DNA of 64,000 nucleotides from positions 5,146,001-5,210,000 of the forward strand of contig JAGIQG010000040.1 of NCBI GenBank assembly GCA_024679065.1, given 5' to 3'. Below the pieces are notes generated by a model. The model was given only the letters and a program-made list of their open reading frames with translations, was not told the DNA's origin and searched no databases. Position numbers and translations under genes: made by a program. Numbering within the stretch: position 1 is the stretch's first letter; each line of letters starts with the position of its first letter. This DNA is from Sphyrna mokarran. Taxonomy: Eukaryota. Below, piece by piece: positions 10,506-22,501 of the stretch.

Positions 10506-13500
10506 GTAAGAACCATACATTTATTCAGTCAGTGTTTAATTTGAGTTTTTTTTTATATTTTTCTCGATTTTATTAATTCACTTGTTCACTGAAATGTGGT
10601 TGGTGGATTCTGTGCTGAAAACCTTTACAATGTTTCATGTGCTCCTGCTTAAAATGGGGATTATAGAATTCTATTGTTATTTGCCAAAAGTTAATACTGA
10701 GTGATTCAGTTTCTTGTTGTGATTTGGTGTTTATTTGCTGAGGACAGTGTGCGGCTGGGTTACTTTAAATGTTAAACAGTTCGGTGTTTCTGCAACGTTT
10801 AATCTCGGTGACATCTAGTGGCTGCAAGTTGCACCATCTACTCCACAAGTGTTTGAATCTAACCTAATCTTAACAAAATGTGTTAATGTTTCTGCATTAA
10901 TGTCATGAACATGTTCCACTTAATCACAAGGCTGGTTATTGTTATATTATTGTTGTACTTATTATGATTATTAGTTAGTTTGGTGATGGGTGGATTGGCT
11001 GGATTTTAAATTGAGATTTTCTGCCAATGTGAAATTTCATTCTGTTGAAACTTTTTGTAGAATTGAGCTGCTTCTGCATAAACCGGGTTTCAGTCCCTCA
11101 GTGACGCATTTTTCTGGTGAGGAGATTGTCTGTCTAGGTGACATTGAATAAGTAACATTTGTGAAATGTTTTGACGATTCTGCATTGTTCACACTCCGTG
11201 ATACTGAGCTATTATACACTTTATGATTGAATATAAAAGTCTGCGGGTTTTAAACTATTTGACGGATGCCTGCACACAGAAATCAGGCTTTATTGTATTT
11301 GTATTTTATAAATTATAACTGATAATTGCTGTTAAACCATATCACGGTTTATGCCACTCGTCCAAAACCTGGTTTGTCACTGCATTTATAATTTGGAATA
11401 CATGCAATGATTTATCTCGGTGGCACCAGATGGCTGCAGCTTTTACTATCCAAATGTTTAAGTATGTTTGAAACCTATTTGAAATATGACCCAATATGAA
11501 TAAAATGTGGTAAAGTTTCAATGTTAATTTGTTTGACATTTTCCACCTCCTCGCAATGCTATTGCTCTCATTCCAGATTTCTGTTTAGTTTGGCCATTCC
11601 TATATTTGGTGAAGAGCTGGTTTTCTGGATTGGATATTGAGATTTTCTTGCAATGATATTTTTGATTTTGTTGGACGGATAATTGAGTTGAGGGTCCATG
11701 AATCGGATCCATTCCCTCATTGATGTGTTTTGGTGTGTTTCTGTTGAGGAGGTTCTGCTGTTCTGTCGCTGTGAATGTTTATAGTGTATGAAATGGTTTG
11801 ATGTTTCGGCATTGTTTCTGCATTGTTTAAACTCGGTGACACTGAGCGGTTACATGTTTTCTGGTTGAATGCAAACAATCTGTGAGTTTAAAAATCCTTA
11901 TAGGGAGAAAACAGACAAGTTTTGGGGAAAAATAAAGATACCACAGCATTTTTATAAACTGTAATTAACGTTTACAAATTAAAATAAATCATGACATACA
12001 ACGTTCATTCGGACACTAACTCGTTGCTGTAACTGAAAACTTCTCATTAACAAGTTTAATCATAAAATGAATATAAAGCAAACATTTTTAAATCGGTAAT
12101 ATAACTCCATATTCAACAAAGACTATTTTATATTAATATCATTATTCATTAATCCCTCCTAACACACAACTAACATGACCAGAAACGTTTCTAGGCTGGA
12201 AATATTTTGTGATAATTCTAAAAACTATTTCAATGATAACAAGCTGTTTCCAAACAGCGCTCAGTTCAACAAGATATTCTGCGTTAATTGTTATATCCCG
12301 ATGAAGTTCGCATTCACTTAAATCTGAGTTTTGGAGAATAAGGCTTTGCTATTTGGCAATTTTTGTCTCCGATTAGTACATTTTTTTTTCTGTGCAAGCT
12401 CAACATTCCTTCCAAATAATTAGTAATTAATCGCTAATCGCATCTCAAAATTTGTGAAATTGTTTCTCAATAGTTTCTGTATTTTTTTTAACCTCTGTGA
12501 TCCTGAGCGGTAACTCTTTTTAAACAAACTGCGTTTAAAAATCCTTGTCAGAATAAAACAAACAGGTATCGGAAAAACATAAAATAAGTTAGAGCATTTC
12601 ATTCATGATAACCGACTTAAGATAAATCGATTATAATTCTTACTGCGTCGCTATATTTTTGTTAGGGATGTTATACTACCCTGAATTTGTTACATTTTAT
12701 ATGCTCATTTTCAGAAAAAAAAATGCCCAGTTTTCGAGATTTGAGACAGACAGGGAGAAGTAGATAAACTTCGAAGAGGATTTTGAAATGAATATCAGTT
12801 TAATTTAAAATAAGTTATTGATTTTGTTGTCGTAATGTGACAATTGATCAATTAGAATCCCACATTTTGAATGAACTTGACAGAATAAACGCAGTTTTCT
12901 GACAGGTGGAATTCGCTAACACGAAGCAATTGTTCATATAATCGTGTTTGTATTGTCGTAAGGTGCCAACAGAAACTGGCTAGAGATTGACAAGTTAATA
13001 CTTGAAATTCAAACAGATTAATTTATATGAAAGTATTAAAATAATATTATAAAAATAATATTTGCCCTGCTCTTAGTAAAAACATCCCGTCTCATTACTG
13101 CTGAACACAGAATAGGATTATTGGATGAATAAATGACAGAATAGAAGCATTGATTCTATTTGAACATTATGTTTAATTCCTACTAAATATTATATTGAAG
13201 AAAAAGTCTCGAGTTATTTTGTGCATCATGTTTCAGTGTTGCACAAGATTTGAATCAATTGTATTCATTGAATTTTTCATTGTTTAATTCAAATTTTCTT
13301 AAATTAAACGATATGTTCAGTAATTAAATTGTATGGATTGTCTAAATTATTAAATCTAAGAAGATGTTTCATCGATCTCAAACTGCCAGGCCTTACAATA
13401 AATCCAAATTCACGCATTTATAACGCGTTTGTAGTTTATAATAAGACATCTGGAATAAAAGTGGAAATGAAAACATTACAATGTGATTCGATTTAAACAA

Positions 13501-13920
13501 ATAAATTACAGATGTCTGAATATTTCCACTCAGTAATTTGAAGTTTATTGTTTAAGATTTAGTTGGAACCTAATTACCTCACAATGTTCCAGGCAAAGGC
13601 GAGTTTTGAATGAATGAAAACTAATTTTATTACGGAGTACAAATCAATAAAAGAAAACTAACTGCCAATTAACAATAACAATATTGGTGCTATTAATTCA
13701 AAACAAAAGGCTTGAATAGTGCACCGGCGTGTAAAATATCATCCGTTTTAGAGAATGTTTAATTATACCGAAAATAAATTCAGAAACAAAACATTACTCA
13801 GCTATGCTCAGCTCGATAAAGTATTTTGCCTTGATTATTTTGTTGATTACATTTAATTAAAAAATTAGATCGGATCAGAAACTGATTTTCAATGTAAATG
13901 TTTCTTGTTAGTTTAATTCT

Positions 13921-13998
13921 TACCGTGTCACTGCATCTCTGTTAGGGACATTGAACTGTTACTGTGTCACTGCATCTCTGTTAGGGACATTGAACTGT
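13921..13998. repeat. 39-bp tandem duplication
   Basis: TAC(C/T)GTGTCACTGCATCTCTGTTAGGGACATTGAACTGT twice. Confidence 0.85.
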
Positions 13999-14075
13999 CC
14001 AGAATCTGTTTTTTAATTGCTCATTTTCAGCGAAATTACATCTTACATGGTTTTCGAGAAGTGATACAGACAGAG

Positions 14076-14389
14076 ATAGAACATAGAACATAGAACATTA
14101 CAGCACAGAACAGGCCCTTCGGCCTTCGATGTTGTGCCGACCAAAATAAAAAGCAATGCCCCTCCAAACTAAACCATTCCCTTCTCTTCCATATACTTAT
14201 CAATTAACCTCTTAAACGCCACAACTTGGCGCATCTACAACAGCTGCAGGCAGGCATTCCACTCCCTAATCACTCTTTGAGTAAAGAACCTACCTCTGAT
14301 ATCCGTCCTATAACTCATACCCCTTAATTTAAAGCTGTGTCCCCTCGTGCTAGCTTTCTCCATCCTAGGAAAAAGGCTATCACTGTCCA
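14076..14389 (-). mobile_element. Young 5'-truncated CR1-like LINE 3' end
   Basis: (ATAGAAC)n tail on +; near-identical to 45176-45402 and 46357-46583. Confidence 0.85.
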
Positions 14390-15669
14390 AAATAATATAA
14401 TTAATTAATTATATTTATAATTTATATTTATAATTTATAATTATAATTAATGTGATATATAATTAAAAGTCGAAGGGAGTTTTCAAATGAATATCAGTTT
14501 AATTTAAAATAAGTTATTGATTATCTGTTGTTGTAAGTTGACCATTGATCAATAAGAATACAACAGTTTGAATGAAATTTACAGATTGAACATAACAAGC
14601 TGCTGGGAACTCGACTGTTGCACTGTTTGTGTTTGTTCTGTTTCTGTGCGCGTGGTCACTGTGTTGGGTCCAGGAATCTCCCTGACTGGTTGTAAATCTT
14701 TTGGTTCCTTCTGCTGTATTTCGGGGAGTGAAATTTGATTTATTTCTTCAATACGCTTGTATCTGTGAGAAATGTGACAGTTTGACTTGATACTTGATTC
14801 GGTGTCGCAGAAATGAGATCCCTAAAGCATATTGTGACCAACAGAGAGAGCAGAAGCTTCAGACGTACAGGGAGAATTGGGTGATTTTTAAGCAGTGATG
14901 TACCTTGGGAATGTTCGATGAGCAAATACAAAGTGAGATTTACTATATGATGCTCCATAGTACAGCGGTCCCTGAGCAGTTTAGTATGACAATTGAAGGG
15001 TTAAATTCAATTGCATCTTATTTTTAATCTTCTAAAGGGTTTAAGAGTCATTTGCTCGGCCAGAATTTTTAATCTTCCCTAATTGTTCCTTCACAAAGTG
15101 TTGGTATGAAGCATCCTTGAATGGCTGCAGTCCACATGCTGCAGGCATCGGCCGTGCTTAAGGCAGGAAGTTCCAGGATTTTGACCCAGCGACTATGAAT
15201 GAACTGAGATATTGTTTCATGTCGGGATGGTGTGTGTTGTGGAGGGGAGATTGCAGCTAATAGCGTCTGTATGTGGCTGCTACCCTTGTCCTGTTAGGAT
15301 GTAAAGGCAGCGGGTTTGAACAGTGTATTCTATGGAGCCTTGGTGAGTTGCTGCAGTGCATGTTGTATATAATCCACACTGCTGACACTGCTTGTTAGTG
15401 ATAGAGAGAGTAAATAGGGTGAATGAGGGGGCGGGTAATTTTGTGGGTGGTTTTGCCTTGGATTGTGTCACATTTAATGAGATTTTACAAATTTTGCTCA
15501 TTGAGGAAAGAAGAAATTATTCAATTATGACTGACTGATGAAAGGTTTAAATATTTTTCCAACATTTGCCCCCGGTCCCTCTTATGCTCACTTGTCACTC
15601 CCACTTACTGTGTGTGTGGCTGAGTATGTGTGGAGTGAGTGTGCTTTTCCAGAATGGATCAACCAGATA

Positions 15670-16075
15670 GAGATTACACACATCACCTACTCTCTCACAC
15701 ACATAAATACACACATACACACGTTCATGTTCTCTCACACATGCACATATACATACGCATAATTACTTTTTCTCTTAGACGATATCTCTCTCGCATATTC
15801 TTTCTCTCACGATCCAAATACTCTCTCAAATACAAATACAGACATACTCTCGCTCTCTCAATCAGACTCTCATACCCTCATACACAAAAGCACTCACGCA
15901 CACCACCTCATACACATTCTCTCTTACACGCAGACACACACACTCACATAAGCACAGTCTCACGCTCTCGCACACAGACTCTCTCTTTCATACTCTGTCA
16001 CACACGCTGTTGCCTCACATTTATTCACACAACTCTCTCACAATGCCTCTTGTACCCGCATCTCTCTCTCTCTCA
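15670..16075. repeat. CA/CT-rich low-complexity tract
   Basis: Degenerate (CA)n/(CT)n. Confidence 0.75.
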
Positions 16076-16078
16076 AAT

Positions 16079-16389
16079 AAGAACATAAGAAATAGGAGCA
16101 GGAGTAGGTCATCTCGCCCTTCGAGCCTGCCCCGCCATTCAATAAGACCATGGCTGATCTGAAGTGGATCAGTTCCACTTTCCCGCTTTCTCCCCATAAC
16201 CCTTCATTCCCTTGTCTATCAGAAACTTATCTACCCGTGACTTAAATATATCGAGGGAGGTAGCCTCTACCACTCCAATGGGCAGAGAATTCCAGAGATA
16301 GCAGAACTAGAGGACGCAGCCTCAAAATAAGAGGGAACAGTTTAGAACTGAGTTGAGGAGAAACTTCTTCAATCAAAGGCTGGTGAATC
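16079..16389 (-). mobile_element. CR1-like LINE 3' end with an inverted 5' segment
   Basis: Minus-strand tail 16079-16299, then the next upstream LINE segment in + orientation at 16300-16389. Confidence 0.75.
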
Positions 16390-16529
16390 AAGGGATAAAG
16401 AAAGGCACCGACATTAAAGCAGCTGCCCGGTGATCTACACGGATTCCTGACTTTACACAGCCCTGTTACTGAAAGCGGATCAATGTAGAGAATCGGGAAA
16501 AGATCGATGGAGAGGAAGAGGAGGAGGAG

Positions 16530-18345
16530 GCTCACTGACTCTCTCACCCTCCCCCACACTTACTCACTCACCCTCAATCTCTCATCCTCACACTCAAAGA
16601 TCTTCACTCACTCACCATCACTTACCCATCTTCCCTTGCCGACACACTCTCACTCACTCACCCTCATTCATTCACCCTCAATCACTCATCCCCAATCACT
16701 CAACTTCACTCATCCCCACTCACTCACTCTCACTGACACACTCTCACTCACTCACCCTCATTCATTCACCCTCAATCACTCATCCCCAATCACTCAACTT
16801 CACTCATCCCCACTCATTCTCACTCACTCATCCTCACTCAAGCTTACTCACTCACCCTCACTCACTCACACTTGCTCACTCATCTACCCCTCACACACTC
16901 ACCCCCGCACACTCAACCTCACACACTCACCCCCACACACTCAACCTCACGCACTCATCTTCAGAAATTCACTGATCCTCATTCACCCCGCACTTAGACA
17001 CATTCACTTTCTCACCCTCACACACTCACTCACTCACAATCTCTCACTCATATTCGCTCACTCACTCTCATCCATCCTCACTCACTCACTCACACTCACT
17101 CACAAACCCTCATTCAACTTCACTCATTCAACCTCCGTCATACACCCTGATTCACTCACACTCACACCCTCACTCACATTCACTCACTCACCTACATTCA
17201 CTCACTCTCACACCCTCACTCACATTCACTCACTCACCTACATTCACTCACTCTCACACCCTCACTCACGCACCCACACTCACTCACTCATACGCACTCA
17301 CCCTCACATACCCTCACTCATTCAGTCACTGTCACTCAGCCACCCACACTCATATACCAGCACTCACTCAACCTCACTCACTCAACCTCACTCACTCAAC
17401 CTCACTCACTCAACCTCAATCACTAAACCTCACTCACTGACATACAGCCTCAGTCAGACACCGACATTCGTATTCACTGTCATTCACTTATCCCACTAGT
17501 CCATTCTCACTCAGCCACCCTCATCCACTCACCACATTCACTCTCGCTCTTCAGTCACCCTATTTACCCACCCTCACTCATCCAGTCTCACTCACTCTAA
17601 CTCACCCTCACTCACTCATCCCATTCACTCACCCACCCCATTTGCCCACTCTAACTCAACCAGTCTCACTCACTCTAACTCACCCTCACTCACTCACTGC
17701 ATTCGTTCACGCTCGCTCATACTCACCCCCACAAACTCAAGCTCAATGACCCTCTCTCTCACACACACTTACCCTGTCTCACCCATTCAAACTCACTCAG
17801 ACTCAGCACTTACATTCACACACACCATCACTCAACTTCACGCACCCTAACTGACAGATCCTCAATCACTCACCCTCTCTCAAACACCTTCACTCACACA
17901 CCCTCACTCTCTCATCCATCCGCATTCATTCTCCCTTCCACACACTCACACACCAATCTGGATAACACATCCTGACTCAGTCTCTCTCACCCCTCACTTA
18001 CTCAGTCACATTCACTTCCTCATCCTCGTTCACTCATTCTCACTCACCCACCTCTGCTAACCTTCACACATCCTCACTCGCCCTCATTCTTTCATTCTTG
18101 CTTATCTACACTCATCCAGCCACCTTCACTCACCTACACTCTCTCACACACCCTCAATTACTCACGCTCTCTCACCCTCATCCTCACTTACTCACCCTCA
18201 ATCACTCATCCTCACTCAAAGAACTTCACTCACTCACCCTCACTTACCCATCTTCCGTCACTCATACATCATCATTCATCAATGAACTTCACTCATTCAA
18301 TCGCTCACCCTCACACACTCACCTTCTCTCACTCGCACTCACTGA
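16530..18345. repeat. Degenerate (CACT)n / CTCACTCA microsatellite
   Basis: ~1.8 kb nearly G-free on +, built from CTCA/CACT units. Confidence 0.9.
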
Positions 18346-18409
18346 ATCTGTGTAGGGAGGTCTGCAACGAGAGGGAAGAAACATCTCAACTGGCAGTTTG
18401 GTGTTTAAA

Positions 18410-19160
18410 TATAGGAGCTGCCCTGGGAGTGCAGAGAGGTGGAGGGAATCGCTAGGGGCTCAGGGCCAGGAACAATGGCAAAGAGTCAGGGGAGAACAGG
18501 AGGCGTGGGAAAGGGCAGAGAGCGGGGGGGTGGGGGGGGGAGGCAGAGAGGCAGAGGAAACAGCAGAGAGCCGGGGGAAGGGCAGAGAGGCAAGGGAAGG
18601 GGCACATAGCTAGGGAACAGGGCGAAAAGCCAGGGGAAAGGGCAGAGAGAGAAGAGAAAAGGCATGGAGCAAGGAGAAAGGGCAGAGAGACCAGTGAAAG
18701 GAGACAGAGCCAAGAGAAAGGACAGTGATGGGAGAAAAGGCCAGGAAAAGGGGAAAGAGCCAGGAGAAAGGGCAGGCAGGCAAGAGAAACCTCAGAGAGT
18801 CGAGGGAAAGGGCAGAGAGCCGTGGGAAAGGACATACAGCGCAGGGGGAAAGGGCAGGAGAATCAGGGGGAACGATCAGATAGCTGGAGGAAAGGAGAAA
18901 GACGCTAGAGAGAAGGGGCAGAGGGCAGAGTGCTGGGGAAAAGCGTAGGGGGATGAGCCGGTGGAAAGGGCATAGAGCTGGAAGGATATGGAGAGAGATA
19001 AGTGGAAATACAGAGAGCTGGATGAAAGGGAAAAAGAGCAACCATGAAAGTCAGAGAGCCATGGGAAAGGGCAAAGAGCTGGGGACAATAGGCAGAAAGC
19101 GGGAGACGGACGGATGGAGTGAGAGGTTCAACATAGAGCTAGCACCACAATCAGCTCATG
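18410..19160. repeat. GA-rich purine tract with GAAAGGGCAGAGAG units
   Basis: Repeated (G)AAAGGGCAGAGAG with strong G/A bias on +. Confidence 0.85.
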
Positions 19161-20064
19161 GGTAATCTTAGTGAATGATGGAGGAGATTTCAAAGCCCGA
19201 ATGGCCAACTCTTACTATTAATGTATGATCCTTCAATGAGTCAATGTTGCATTTGTTTCAATTTGTAATCACATTTCAAATTTCCTGATCAGTCAGTAAG
19301 TGTTCATTCCGTAGGTATTTCTGAAACAAAGTCACTAATCTTTTGTGAAGGGAGAGGGAGAGATTTGGAAAGAGAAAGGGGCATCTTTCAGTTTGAACAT
19401 AGACAATTTCAAAACCGAGAGTGGAGATGTTGGCGTTAGGTTGGTGTGGGCACAGTAAGGATTCCCACAACACCAGGTTTAAGTCCAACAGGTTTATTTG
19501 GAATCGCGAGCTTTTGGAGCTCCCTCATCAGGTGAGTGGATGATATGAATGAAGAGACAACTTCTTCATCACAAAGTGCTGTTGTTTGAGAAATAAATAG
19601 TTGTGGCAATAATGGAGAAAATCTTTGCTCTTCTCTGTTAATCCAATGAATGATATATCATTTTGAGACTATCAGAATGTTTTTTTTCCTTCTTCCCAAT
19701 TTGATAGAAGTGGAAACAGGGATATGAGTTTCTACAGAAATGACGATTCCCAAATGATAGAAGTAACATAATCTCAAAGATGGGTGAAGGTTTTAATCGG
19801 GAATATAAGAATAAATTCATAATTCTAATCAATGTTCGAGTTAGAAGCATAGAAAATAGCATCTGGAGTAGGCCATTCGGCCCTTTGAGTCTACTCCGCC
19901 ATTCACTTTGGTCAGAATTCATCAATATCCTGATCATATCTACTACCCATATTCCTTTAACACCAAGAGCTATATCTAATAGAAACATCTTTGTAACAAT
20001 ATGTTTGATGACTTATTAAACGCAAATAAGAGTCTAACTCGTTCAATCGTCTATTCTTTCCCAG

Positions 20065-20364
20065 CGACACCATCTCCACCCACTCTCTACAGCCTGGTCT
20101 CCTCCTGTGATCAACACAGCTCCGACGACTCCGTCATCTACGGGTGTTTGGCGATGGACTACTTTCCAGATGTCTCCAAACTAACCTGGAAGAAAAATGG
20201 GCAACAGATCACCACTGGGTTTAAGACTTACCCGTCAGTGAGAAACACGAAGGGAACCTACACTCTGAGCAGCCAGTTAACCATCCCCGGCTCAGCGGGA
20301 GAATGTCCCAGAATTGACTGTGAGGTTCGACACAGCGACATAGTCAAGAGCGTTGAAATGCAAT
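20065..20364 (+). CDS. IGHM: IgM constant exon Cmu1
   Basis: Acceptor TTCCCAG|CG, donor T|GTAAGT; [15 protein letters not shown]...GCLAMDY...TWKKNG...[15 protein letters not shown]...CEVRH, shark Cmu1. Confidence 0.95.
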
Positions 20365-20575
20365 GTAAGTGTTGTGCAGCTAGTGTAAAACAAAAACGCT
20401 GTGTGGAAATCCTGTGTAGGGCCTTGGTTGTAATTCATTTAAATAGATGTGCGTAATCTGGACCCATGGATTGTCCCGGTTAGTGTCTGTTGACTGCAAT
20501 TGAGTCAGTAATGTAGAAAGAAGTGTGATTGATCAACATCTTCTGCAGGAAATGACTAATGTGTGTTTTCTGAAG

Positions 20576-20890
20576 GTCCTAAGGATGATATCCACCCAAC
20601 CGTTATCCTCACCATGAGTTCCAGTGAAGAAATCACACGCAGGAAATTTGCAACCATCGTCTGTTCAATCATCGACTTCTATCCAAAGTCAATGACGGTG
20701 AATTGGCTGAAGAATGGAAAACACATAGTTTCAGGAATTGTCACCTCTCCCGCCTACCAAGTGAACGGGAACTTCTCGGCCAGCAGTCGGCTGACGGTCT
20801 CCTCTGGGGAATGGTTCAGTAAAGCGGTCTATACCTGCCAAGTCACTCATCAAGGATTCACTCAGAGTCAGAACATCAGCGCATCACAGG
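20576..20890 (+). CDS. IGHM: IgM constant exon Cmu2
   Basis: Acceptor TTTTCTGAAG|GT, donor G|GTAAGA; [27 protein letters not shown]...WLKNG...[10 protein letters not shown]...YTCQVTH. Confidence 0.95.
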
Positions 20891-21728
20891 GTAAGAGACT
20901 CAAACCGAGGATAAAATATACCACTCTGATGTTAATCGGAATTAGGATCTATCAAAATTAGTACAAAGCATCGAACAATTTCTAATTTACTGACATGTGT
21001 ATTGCTGCATTAGGACAGTTTCCCATTCAGAATTTCATCTCAACAGCAATTTTTGTTGTCTCTTCATGAGATGTGCATTTATTTCCCATCCCTGGGGAGG
21101 GGCACTTAAGTGTCAACCACGTTGCTGTGGATATGGAGTCACATACATGCCAGGCAAGATAAAGAGAACAAATTTACTTTTCTAAAGAACATTCGTGAAC
21201 CAGGATGGGCTTTTACAACAAAGACCTCATGATGATCATTTGACTTATAATTATGGATGTTTATTAAATTCACGTTTCACCATCTGCAATGGTGACATTC
21301 GAATCTATTTCTCCACAGTCCTTGCTGTCGGCTAGTGGCCTTGCTGTCAGCTTTTTCCTGAGACAGAGGGTAAGATTTGGAGAGACAGTAGGTATCGGAC
21401 TGTTTCACAGGTCACAGCACAGGGAGTAAAACATTAGAAAGTGCATCCACCCCATTTATAAACCAACTGCCAGTACTTTGTTCCTGAGTTTCGGCATTGT
21501 TATATTTGTTTGGGAATGCTACAATGCTGATCCATGAGAATGATACTGTTGCTAAAATACTTCAATGAAGAGAATAATTTCACACAGCAAGCTGGTTTTC
21601 CATCCCCTATAGAGGTTGAAATGTGATAGAGATTGATATATCTCAGGCAACTTTGTCTCCTTCAGTCTGAATACTGCTGTCCTGCTTCTGAAGGGGAACT
21701 AGGGTTGATTTTCATTTGTCATTTACAG

Positions 21729-22037
21729 ATTCTTCCCAGTGCCATGATTCCACAGTGACGATACGGCCGCCCCCAATAGAGCAGGTCTTACTGGAGGCGA
21801 CAGTGACCTTAACCTGCATCATTTCCAATGCTCCTTATGGAGTCAACGTGTCCTGGATCCAAGACAGGAATTACCTGAAATCAGAGATTGCAGAAAAGCC
21901 CGGAGAGGATCCTGACAGCGTGATCAGCAACTTAAACATCTCGACACAATCCTGGCTGAGTGGGATTGTGTTTGAGTGCGTGGTGAGCCATCAGGATCTG
22001 CCGACTCCTTTAAGAAAATCCATCCACAAGGAAACAG
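21729..22037 (+). CDS. IGHM: IgM constant exon Cmu3 (last IgM exon found)
   Basis: Acceptor TTTACAG|AT, donor G|GTGAGC; [28 protein letters not shown]...[14 protein letters not shown]. Confidence 0.95.
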
Positions 22038-22204
22038 GTGAGCTGAGAGATTGAAGCAGAAATTGTAGCGTCAACGGCAGGGTTCTGAGGAATGTGGAGG
22101 AAAGAGATACTTGGGGTCAATCCACTCTGCAAGGTTTGTAACTCAACGGGATAGATCAGTGGGAAGAAGCTTTTGTTTCGTTTTGAGCAGGGGTTGAGTA
22201 AGTC

Positions 22205-22501
22205 AGTGATTCATCCAGCATGCGGAGACACCAGCGAGTTCACACTGGGGAGAAGCCATTCATTTGCTCTGAGTGTGGAAAGGGATTCGCTCAGTTATCC
22301 AGTCTGCGGACACATGAGCGAATTCACACTGGGGAGAGGCCATTCATCTGCTCTCAGTGTGGGAAGGGATTCACTGACCTATCCAACCTATGCACACACC
22401 AGCAAGTTCACAGTGGGGAGAGGCCGTTCACCTGCTCTCAGTGTGGTAAGGGATTCAGAGTTTCATCCCAGCTGTTGAGACACCAACAAGTTCACGAGTG
22501 A
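22205..22501 (+). pseudogene. 5'-truncated C2H2 zinc-finger gene fragment (~3.5 fingers and stop)
   Basis: [28 protein letters not shown]...HQQVHE*; begins mid-finger; downstream 22500-23005 is paralogous to the 3' flank of the 35482-36360 gene. Confidence 0.85.

Noticed and set aside
16507-17499. 330-aa His/Ser/Leu/Thr-rich ORF
   Set aside because: Product of the G-poor (CACT)n tract, which rarely forms stops; it lies in the J-C intron.
22038-22501. In-frame IgM-zinc-finger fusion protein
   Set aside because: Read-through stops at 22054 and the best acceptor (22190) gives GVE*. Only a weak AAG acceptor at 22202 would be in frame, so a fusion is not supported.
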